Shown piece after piece: positions 23,361 through 31,900 of a DNA stretch of 64,000 nucleotides (position 1 is its first letter; every line of letters begins with the position of its first letter). The DNA is from an uncultured Clostridia bacterium (lineage in GTDB: Bacteria > Bacillota > Clostridia > Christensenellales > Borkfalkiaceae), in assembly GCA_947625025.1 (NCBI GenBank), contig CANQMQ010000007.1:14117-78116 (forward strand), in the 5' to 3' direction. The notes under the pieces were generated by a model. That model ran no database searches. It saw only the letters and a list, made by a program, of their open reading frames with translations, and was not told the origin of the DNA. The position numbers and the translations under genes are program-made.

Positions 23361-25315
23361 AGTACCTTGATTATACCATTCCCGAAGAAAAATATCAAGC
23401 CCCCTGCTCCATCTCCCACAAACAAATCGGCGCCCAAATCGTGGGGATGCGCGAAATCGAACTCCACGACGACGCCCTCCGCCTGCAGGGAGACCTTGTC
23501 CCTCGTCTCAAAGGTGAAGAGAAGCCCTTTCACGTCCACCCTTTCAGCGAAGGTCACCTCCGTTTGGGTGAAGCCCGTCCCGATCGCATCGCGGGCGTAG
23601 ATATCCTCGGTCTCGAGGAAGGCGGCTACGTTGATGCCGTCGAGTTCATCCTCGGAGAGCACGAGCACGGCGTCGAGGGTGCCACCATAGCGATGAGAGA
23701 GGAAGGTGCGGCAATCCGCATACGAGGCCCCGCCGAGGAGCAAGACGTGGGCGTCCCTCGTCTCGATGAGGGCGGCATAGCCGCTACGGCCCTCGTAGAC
23801 CACCCCCTTGCCTCCCATAAACACCACATTTTCAAGGGTGACGACGGCGGCGAACAGCACACAGACCACCCCCGTCAGCACGGCCCGCAGTACCCCCTTC
23901 ATGCGTACCCGCCCCGAGAGCAGGGTGCTCCCCGCAACAAAGAGGGAGAGCCCCGCTCCGAGCGAAAAGCCCGTCACCACCCACGAAAAATCCTCTGCCG
24001 CAAACACGAAGAGCAGGAGGGAGAGCACCCCCTTTGCGGGGATCAAAAAGACGAAGCCCGCGGGCGGGATGATGAGGGCAAGGAGGGCGGAGAGGAGTAC
24101 GGTGAGGAAGAGCACGGGCAGGAGCGGAATGAGCACGAGGTTCAAAAGGAACCCCCACGCGGAGAAGTAGCCGAAGGTCTCTAAGAGAATGGGTGCGGTG
24201 AAGAGCTGCACGGAGAGGTTGCCGCCGAGGTACCCCGCGAGCCTTGCGGGGAGCTTGATTTTCCTGAATACGCGGGTGAGCGGCCCCGCAAAGAGGGCGA
24301 GGGCAACGCAGGCCCCGAAGGAGAGGCGGAAGCCCGTAGAGAGCCAATCGGCGGGATTGATGAGCAGGATGATGAGTGCGGCAAGCGAAATGGATTCCAA
24401 GAAATCGTACTTCCTCCCCCGCATGCGGTAGGCGCCGAGCACCGCACACATGAGGACGGCCCGCACCGAGGAGACCGTAAACGAACAAAATGCCGTGTAG
24501 AGTACGGCGAGGGCGATGGCGGGGAAGTATGCCTTACGCCCGAGTTTTTTGAAGATGAGGAGGGCGGCCCCGAACAGGATGCCGATGTGGAGGCCGGATA
24601 CGGCGAAGATGTGGGCGATGCCGCCCGCACGGATCTCCTCGGAGAGCCCCTCATCGAGGGCGGAAGAATTTCCCGTCAGGAGTGCGAAGGCGACCTCTGC
24701 CTCCGTCCCGCCGAGGTCCTCTTTAAGGCGGTCGTAGAGGGCGGAGTTCAGCCGCAACAAGAAATTCTTGGAGACATCCACCGCCCTATATTCGGTAACA
24801 TACGCCGTATAGCGGATATCGCGGTAGAATTCGTAAGCGTCATTTTCGGACATGGGTAGCCCGTTTCTCTTCACGTTGCACTCGAAGGCAATGATATCCC
24901 CCGCCCGCACCTCTTCGGAAGTGATGCTCGCACGGAGGAGCCCATCTGCCTTCGCACCGTCGAACATCAGCTCATCGAGGAGCGCGGAGGAGTAGCCGTT
25001 CTTCACGGTGAAGGAGACCACGGTGCCCGTCACCGTGTACTCCCCCGCCTCCTTTCCGCTCTGATAGCGGGCGGTGTAGAGGTGGCTGAGCCCCGCACCC
25101 GCGCCGCCGAAGAGGAGCAAGGCGAGGCCGATGCAGAGCAGCCGCTTCTTATCGAAGGGCGGGAGGATCAGGAGGAAGAACAGCCCGAAGAAAAGGAAAT
25201 CCGAGGGCAGAACGCCCCCGAATGCGATGCGAAAGTATAGAAAAATCCCGAATATGAGCGAGACGGCAGCGAGCAGGAAGATGCGGAAGTTGATGCGCGG
25301 AAGTCCCCTGTTCAT
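23357..25315 (-). CDS. comEC: competence channel protein ComEC/Rec2 with degenerate C-terminal MBL-like domain
   Basis: Polytopic protein. Competence-domain motif GIAHIFAVSGLHIGIL. The C-terminal region aligns to the MBL fold, but the HxHxDH site reads SEDELD. Confidence 0.85.
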   Translation of the reverse strand: MNRGLPRINFRIFLLAAVSLIFGIFLYFRIAFGGVLPSDFLFFGLFFLLILPPFDKKRLLCIGLALLLFGGAGAGLSHLYTARYQSGKEAGEYTVTGTVVSFTVKNGYSSALLDELMFDGAKADGLLRASITSEEVRAGDIIAFECNVKRNGLPMSENDAYEFYRDIRYTAYVTEYRAVDVSKNFLLRLNSALYDRLKEDLGGTEAEVAFALLTGNSSALDEGLSEEIRAGGIAHIFAVSGLHIGILFGAALLIFKKLGRKAYFPAIALAVLYTAFCSFTVSSVRAVLMCAVLGAYRMRGRKYDFLESISLAALIILLINPADWLSTGFRLSFGACVALALFAGPLTRVFRKIKLPARLAGYLGGNLSVQLFTAPILLETFGYFSAWGFLLNLVLIPLLPVLFLTVLLSALLALIIPPAGFVFLIPAKGVLSLLLFVFAAEDFSWVVTGFSLGAGLSLFVAGSTLLSGRVRMKGVLRAVLTGVVCVLFAAVVTLENVVFMGGKGVVYEGRSGYAALIETRDAHVLLLGGASYADCRTFLSHRYGGTLDAVLVLSEDELDGINVAAFLETEDIYARDAIGTGFTQTEVTFAERVDVKGLLFTFETRDKVSLQAEGVVVEFDFAHPHDLGADLFVGDGAGGLIFFFGNGIIKVL

Positions 25316-25328
25316 GATAGCGCCCCGC

Positions 25329-27170
25329 CTATTTTTGCACTCCGAGCAGGGTGAGGCGTTGGGTGAGCCAGGAATAGGTGACCGACCCCTGCCGCACCGC
25401 TCTCACGACGCCGTCTCCATCGATCATCGCGGTAACGGGGTAGGAATCCCGCCCGCCGAGCATCGTGAAGATATCGCTCTTCTCGGCCGTACCCGTATCC
25501 TGCACAAAGGTGAGAGACCATTCCGCCCATGCCTTGGAATTCCCCGAAATTTCCGCAGTGTTCTCGTTGAGGAAGGCCTGCACGTCCTCCGCGATGGAGG
25601 CGGAATGCACGGCAACCACTACAATGGAATCGCCGTACTCCTCCTGCACCTCTTCGAAGGTGGGAAGCTCGGTGACGCACGGCCCGCACCACGTTGCCCA
25701 GAAGTTGACGATCACCACCTTCCCGCGGCACGCAGAGAGGGTGAAATCCTCCCTGCCGTTGTAGGCTTCGAGGGTGAAATCGGGGCAGACCTCGCCCTCC
25801 GCAACCGAATCCGCCTCCGCCGTGGTATCGATGAAGTTATAGTACACGAGCGCGCCGAGGAGGACGAGCCCCGCAAGCAGAAGGGCGGAGAGCTTCATCC
25901 AGAAGGCCGCGCCCCTGTGCACAGCCACAGCGCGGGCGGGTTCGGCGGGTTCCATAGCTTCCATGGGCCCCGAAGTTGTTTCCATGGTGACGGATACGGG
26001 CTCCGCGGGGGCCTCAATTGAAGCCTTCACGGAATTTGCCGTACCCATGTCTTGAGTCTCCCCCTTAACATGCAGGAGTGAGGAGAGCGGCTTCTCTTCG
26101 GGAAGGGGCGCTTCCACCGCATTTTGGTGCACGATGAGCTTCGAGCCCTTCCAACGGATGGCCTTTGCGGGGCACACCGCGATGCACTCCCCGCAGTTGA
26201 TACACTCGTGGTCCCCCACCTTTCTGATATCCATCTTGCAGTGGGCGACGCACAGCCCGCAATCGGTGCACTTATTCTCATCGAGCTTGACGCCGATGAG
26301 CGAGATCTTGTTGAAGAAGCCGTAGATCGCCCCGAGCGGGCATAAAAAGCGGCAGAAGAAGCGGTAGATGAAGATGCAGGCCGCAACAATGGCGACTGCC
26401 ACCGCAAATTTCCACGTAAACAGCCCCCCGAGCATCTCATAGAGATCGGCATTGGCGGGGTTGATGAGCAGCCCGATGGCGCCGCCGAGCGTCCCCGCGG
26501 GGCATATGTACTTGCAAAAGGCGGGGATCGCGGTGCTGTACTGCGCATAGATGAGCGGAATGGCGACGACGAACACCGCCAAAACCACATATTTGAGGTA
26601 GGAGAGCACCCTCGTCACCCTGCTCTTTCTGAGTTTGGGCGTCTTGATCTTGTATACGAGGTCCTGCCCGAACCCGAAGGGGCATAAAAAGCCGCATACC
26701 GTGCGGGCAAAGAGGATGCCGTAGAGGAGCAGGATGCCGAAAAGGTAGTAAGGAAGCCGCGTGCCCGACTGCGCAAAGGCATTCTGGAGAGCCCCGAGCG
26801 GGCAGGCCCCCACCGCCCCGGGGCAGGAGTAGCAGTTGAGCCCGGGGACGCAGGCATACTTGGTGGCCCCCGTAAAGATCCTTCCCGTGAAGTAGCCCTT
26901 GATGTTGGCATTGCAGAGGAGCGCCACATAGAGCTGAATGATGCGCCGCTTGGTGGGTTTATGCGCCGCCCACCACCTCTTGAGCCTCCCCTTTTTCGAG
27001 GGCTTCTCTTGGGTCACGGTATCGCCTGCGGTCTCCCTTTCGGGCTCCATCGCCCCATTTTGGGTCTCGCCTGCGGGCTTGGCACCTTCTACGGCTTCCT
27101 CGATTTCCCCGATGGGAGCCTGCACGGCATCGGCTTCGGGGACAGAGCTGATTTTGTTTTCGTCTTGCAT
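25329..27170 (-). CDS. membrane 4Fe-4S-binding protein (NapH/MauN-like) fused to a C-terminal thioredoxin/TlpA-like domain
   Basis: CYSCPGAVGACPLG, FLCPFG, FFCRFLCPLG, CTDCGLCVAHC, CINCGECIAVCP, then a TM helix and VVIVNFWATWCGPC. Start taken at MQDENK (27170). Confidence 0.8.
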   Translation of the reverse strand: MQDENKISSVPEADAVQAPIGEIEEAVEGAKPAGETQNGAMEPERETAGDTVTQEKPSKKGRLKRWWAAHKPTKRRIIQLYVALLCNANIKGYFTGRIFTGATKYACVPGLNCYSCPGAVGACPLGALQNAFAQSGTRLPYYLFGILLLYGILFARTVCGFLCPFGFGQDLVYKIKTPKLRKSRVTRVLSYLKYVVLAVFVVAIPLIYAQYSTAIPAFCKYICPAGTLGGAIGLLINPANADLYEMLGGLFTWKFAVAVAIVAACIFIYRFFCRFLCPLGAIYGFFNKISLIGVKLDENKCTDCGLCVAHCKMDIRKVGDHECINCGECIAVCPAKAIRWKGSKLIVHQNAVEAPLPEEKPLSSLLHVKGETQDMGTANSVKASIEAPAEPVSVTMETTSGPMEAMEPAEPARAVAVHRGAAFWMKLSALLLAGLVLLGALVYYNFIDTTAEADSVAEGEVCPDFTLEAYNGREDFTLSACRGKVVIVNFWATWCGPCVTELPTFEEVQEEYGDSIVVVAVHSASIAEDVQAFLNENTAEISGNSKAWAEWSLTFVQDTGTAEKSDIFTMLGGRDSYPVTAMIDGDGVVRAVRQGSVTYSWLTQRLTLLGVQK

Positions 27171-27181
27171 CTCTCCCCCCC

Positions 27182-27970
27182 TTATCCGAGCCCGATGCAC
27201 TCGGTGCAAATTTTGATTGCCTTCATAAAGACGTCCCCCGCGCCGCCGTTCACGATGCCGAGGATGAGGAAGGTGACGGCGAGGGCGAACACGAGCACGC
27301 GGAGCACAGTTGTGACTAAGGGAGCGCGAAGCGCCTCCACCCTGCCAAGATAGTTCGGCGCCGTGCGCATGGATGCGCCGCGGCTGAGCACGATGAGCTT
27401 CTTGGCGCTTATAAGTGCGCTCTTTGCGGCAAAGTGCTCATAGAGGGTCGCCCCCACGAAGAGGAGGAAGGCACTGCCCACCCACGGGAGCACGTTCTTG
27501 AGCATATTGAGCACTTCGCCCGTGACGTTGTTGTTGGGGAAATGTGCCGAATTTGAGAGGTAGACCGCGGACATGGTAGCCGCCAACACCGCGAACGCGG
27601 CAGAGACCGACCAAAGCACGAGGCGGGTGAGATCGTAATTTTTGAGATGCCTCTCCTCGGAAAGGAAGGCCTCTCCCTCCCCCGCGGGAATGCGCTTTCT
27701 GAGCTTTTTAAGGCTCGAAAAGGCGGTGGGCGAAGGGCGCTTTTCGGAGGCGGGATAGAGCACGGAGAGGACGTAGCCGCCTACCACGGCGATGAGATAC
27801 AAAATGACGGGCGCAAGCAAATATAAGAGCATCCGCCCTGCGCTCTCGGGGGTATATCCCCCCTCCGCGAAGTAGAGATCGGCGGCGCAGACGATGAAAG
27901 AGATCCCGAGCGCAACCGTAAACACGCTCAAAAAAATGCCGTACCAAAACCGCAAATTCCGCTGTTTCAT
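27182..27970 (-). CDS. polytopic membrane protein ending in a CD1871A-like CXXC motif
   Basis: About 6 TM helices. The C-terminus LILGIVNGGAGDVFMKAIKICTECIGLG resembles the small CD1871A-family CXXC proteins. AGGAGG RBS at MKQRNL (27970). Confidence 0.6.
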   Translation of the reverse strand: MKQRNLRFWYGIFLSVFTVALGISFIVCAADLYFAEGGYTPESAGRMLLYLLAPVILYLIAVVGGYVLSVLYPASEKRPSPTAFSSLKKLRKRIPAGEGEAFLSEERHLKNYDLTRLVLWSVSAAFAVLAATMSAVYLSNSAHFPNNNVTGEVLNMLKNVLPWVGSAFLLFVGATLYEHFAAKSALISAKKLIVLSRGASMRTAPNYLGRVEALRAPLVTTVLRVLVFALAVTFLILGIVNGGAGDVFMKAIKICTECIGLG

Positions 27971-28137
27971 CCCTGCTCCTCCTTTTTTTTGAGTATACCA
28001 CACAGCCGCCGCTTTGTCAAGAAATTCCCTTCGGAAAAGGATTTTCGGGCACCGTTTCGGTTCTTTTTGCAAAATGAGTTGTGCTCCGCACAAAAATATG
28101 ATATAATAGGAAAAAAGAAACGTAGTGAGGTAGTGCT

Positions 28138-28758
28138 ATGAAGTGGATAAAGAAACTGACTGCCGTACTCGGCTTGGTCCTCGTCCTCTGTGCGGCTGTG
28201 GCCTGCGGCGGGAATTCCGCCTACACCGTAACCGTAGACTGCGATTCCCTCATCATGGGCGGCATACAGGTTGAGCTTGTCGATGAGAACGGCGTCGTCG
28301 ATACCAAGGATATCGGAAAGGACGGCAAGGTTGCCTTCGATGTGGAGGGCGGCACCTATGAAGCCCGCATCGTCTGCAAGGCGGGCCTCGAGGGCCTGCT
28401 CGACGATTACGTCTGCGAGATCAAGACGCTGACCGAAAAGGAGCGTTCCGTCACCCTGCATGTGACGCCTAAATCCGATTTGGACGACGAAAACACCATC
28501 GATTACAACGTCACCGTGCAACTCCCCGACGGCACCCCCGTCAAGAACATCACCGTGCAGCTGTGCGGCGGACCGGACTACGCCTGCTACAGCAGTAAGA
28601 CGAATGACAGCGGCCTTGCTGCATTCAAGCTCAAGGCGGGCGAGTATGAGGTACACATCGCCTCCTCCTTCCACCCCGCGGGCTACACCTTCGATGATTC
28701 GCAGTACAAGATGAACGCGGAGGGCGGATCTCTTACCGTACAATTCAAAAAAGCATGA
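28138..28758 (+). CDS. 206-aa lipoprotein with two CarboxypepD_reg/transthyretin-like modules
   Basis: Lipobox AAVAC. Two modules of the type YTVTV...V.L.D.NG.....T...G...F.....G.YE..I. Confidence 0.7.
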   Translation: MKWIKKLTAVLGLVLVLCAAVACGGNSAYTVTVDCDSLIMGGIQVELVDENGVVDTKDIGKDGKVAFDVEGGTYEARIVCKAGLEGLLDDYVCEIKTLTEKERSVTLHVTPKSDLDDENTIDYNVTVQLPDGTPVKNITVQLCGGPDYACYSSKTNDSGLAAFKLKAGEYEVHIASSFHPAGYTFDDSQYKMNAEGGSLTVQFKKA

Positions 28759-28764
28759 CGGATC

Positions 28765-28842
28765 GGGAATGAGATTTCTCCACGCGCCGCCTATGGCGGC
28801 TTGGTCGAAATGACACAATCAGAAGCGGCGTTCGAAATGACA
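28765..28842. repeat. modular palindromic repeat locus R2
   Basis: Reverse-oriented S1 (GAGATTTCTCCACGCGC...GGTCGAAATGACA) plus CAGAAGCGGCGTTCGAAATGACA. Lies between the stop codon and the terminator. Confidence 0.8.
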
Positions 28843-28859
28843 AGCCGAATATACAAGCA

Positions 28860-28896
28860 AGCCCCTGCGGTGCCGCGCACCGCAGGGGCTATTTTT
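28860..28896 (+). terminator. intrinsic terminator between convergent genes
   Basis: AGCCCCTGCGG-loop-CCGCAGGGGCT followed by ATTTTT. Confidence 0.8.
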
Positions 28897-28924
28897 CTCT
28901 CTTATCCCCTTGCGATGCGGGCCG

Positions 28925-31900
28925 CTATGAACCGCGCCGCACGTTGATTTGCCAATACTCGCCCTGCGTCGTGGTATAGCTCCCATCCTGCTCGGTGAGC
29001 AGGGAGACGGTGTAGATGGTGCCATCCTGTGCGGTGACCTTCCACACATTCTTACTCACCACATCAATGGACTTTATCGCAACGAAGGCGTAGTCGCCGT
29101 CGCTATCGGTGAGGGCAAGTGCGGCAAGGCTTACGGTTGTAGCGTCGCCGTTATGATCCACGAAGAAGTTTGCAAAGCAAGCGGCGTTTTCGAAGGTGCC
29201 GAGCGCCTGTTTTACCTCGTGTTCGGTGACCGTTGCCGTCTTTGTATCCCCCGCGGTAACTTTGATCTCATACAGCTTGCCGAGGTTGCCGCGGTCCTCC
29301 GCGACGTCGTAGTCTCCGAGTTCGAGCACCCAGCCGCTCGTGCCGTCCGCATTGACGAGGGCGTTGTAGGCATACACGACTTCCTTGTCCTCCCCTACTG
29401 TTTTGTAGAGGGTGTAGGCATACGGGGTGCCCTTTTTCACCCAATTCGGGAAGGTGTACCCCTCATCGGCGTAGTAGAAACTTGCGATGCCGACCTCGTA
29501 GCCGTTATTGGCGGAAACCTTCTCATACGTTGCCACCATGTACAGCCAATAGTCGCCATCGTACTTGTGATACTGCACGGTGTACTGCTTGTTGTTGTAA
29601 GTGAAGATCGCAGAGTAGCGGGGGCCCATCGAGGCATCGCTATAGAGCACTTCCTCGATCTTGGCATTTGTAAACGTCATGGTCTCGCTCCCCATATGCA
29701 GGGTGCCCGAAGCCGTAGTGGCGTTGATGCGGATGGGGCCGAAGCCGATGTAGTTCTCTACAATGAAGCTCCGCTGTGCCTCGGGCAAATCGTTCTCAAA
29801 GCCATCGTACATCTTCGTCTCCACGGTGCCGCCCGCAACGGTGATGGTGCTGCTGCCCTTCGGGTTATAGGTATAGGTGACGAAGGGTGAGTACTCATAG
29901 ATGACGGGGTTGTAGAGCGCGAGGCCATGCCGTGTGCCCGAACCATCGACATAGCTGTTGACGACCTGATAGCCGTTGTACGGCGTATTATCGATCTTAA
30001 GCGTCGCATTCGCGTAGAAGCGGGGCTCTCCATCGGGGGTGAAGGTGAGTGAAAGGGTGTATTCGGTATTCGCCCCCCCGTTCTGAATGGTAACCGTACC
30101 ATTGAAGGTGACACTCGTTCCCGCCGTCCATGCGTAGTAGGTGTTTTTCTCCACCACGCAATCGGTGCCCGCCGCGGGTGCGGCTGCGGTGATCTTCTCA
30201 TAGGAGCCCGTATCGGCATCCCCCGCATCCACATAGAGCACGAGGTTATTGCCGTCGATATAGTAGTACCCGTTCCTATCCGCATCCTCATCGGCGTAGT
30301 AGAGGTAGCCGCCGTTGTCGAAGATGAGCGGACGGAAGTTGCTATCGTAGAAGGAGCGCTGGGTGGAATACGTCTGCGGGCGGGTGAGGGTGTGGTTTTC
30401 CCCGTCGAGCTTGAAGTTGAGGTACTCAAAATCCTCGGTACGGAGGGAAATGAAGCCATCATCCGCATCCACGACGTCGTAGTAGACGGTGACGCCCGCA
30501 CTGCCGTCTGCGGCATAGTAGGTACCGCTGTCGAAGCCGTCTAAATAGAGCACCGACCAATCCGCTCCCACAAAGACGCCGCGGGCATTCTCATCGCATA
30601 CGACGAGCGCGCCCTCTCCATATGAATATGCGGCGACGTACGTGATATAATCTCCCTCGTCGATGGAGAGGAACATCTCTACTTCACGGGTCTCGACGTC
30701 GAGGACGTTGTATCTTCCGTCCCCGATCGTCCTGCCTGCCGAACTTGTATCCTTGACGATAATGTTACTGCGCCCATCGAATTGGAGATTGAGCCATTCG
30801 CCCTCGAGGAAGATGGGGAAGGTGCCCACGATGCCGTCCAACAGTTCGAAGGCAGTCCCGTCGAGGGAGAAGTAGAGATGGCTCCCGTCCTCCGCCTCAA
30901 AGACGAGGGCGTCTTCATCGATTGAATATTCCCCGCTTACGGGGCCGCGGGCGTTGGTGTACGTCGCGGAGCAGAATCCGTCCGTTTTCAGGGTATCGCT
31001 GCCCGCCGTGTACGTCTTATCGAAGCTCGCATTGTAGCGGGTGAATACGGTGACACGTACCCATTCCACCACATCGTAGTAATCGATTTCCCGAAGGGCT
31101 ATTTTTGCGGGCATGCCGCTCGGAGCCGTTGCACCCTCTTCGGGGACGAGGTTGTATACGGTAGCCCCCGAGGCCGCGGTGCCGTCCGCCACGAGGGTGC
31201 AGAGGACCTTGTCGTCCTGCGCCTCTTCGAAGCCGTTCTCCGACCAATACGCCTCATTCCCGCGCAATACGAGATGGGCGGTGGTGTCGAGCGACCCAAG
31301 CCCCTCGTATTCGAATACGGCGTACTCCTCTTCCTCGAGGAGCTCATAGTAGGTATGCGCACCGCTCCCATCCGTGGTGATCTCGAAGCAGAGCTCCTCC
31401 ACCGATTGATTGCTCCCCGTGCCCTTCACATAGAGGAAGTAGCCGTAGGTGCCGAAGATGGAGCGGGTGCGGAGGCCCGAGCGGTCGATGGAGAAACTGC
31501 CGAGGGTGGCGTTTCCGTTCTCATCGAAGTAGAGGGTGCCGATCCCCGAGACGGGCAATTCGACGAACCAAATGGTATTCTTGGGGGCGGAAGCATCGCC
31601 CGTATCCGTCTTTTTGTTGACGTCCGTGATCTCGGTGTAATTCTTTTCCGTTCTCGCACTGTTTCCCGTGCCGTAGGTGAACTCAAATACGTAGTAGAGT
31701 TCGCGGGTGAAATAGCTCGAATCGTAGGCGGAGGAGAGCATGAAGGTGATCTTCGAAGGGACATCCCCTTCCGTAACTTTGATTTGGGTGGCAACGAAGG
31801 TGCTGAGGGTCACTCCCCCGCCCTGCAGGGCAGTTTCGGTGTAGCACCCATCCGCCCCGACGGTGTAATTCAAAGGATCCTTCTCGTCCTGAAGGAGGAG

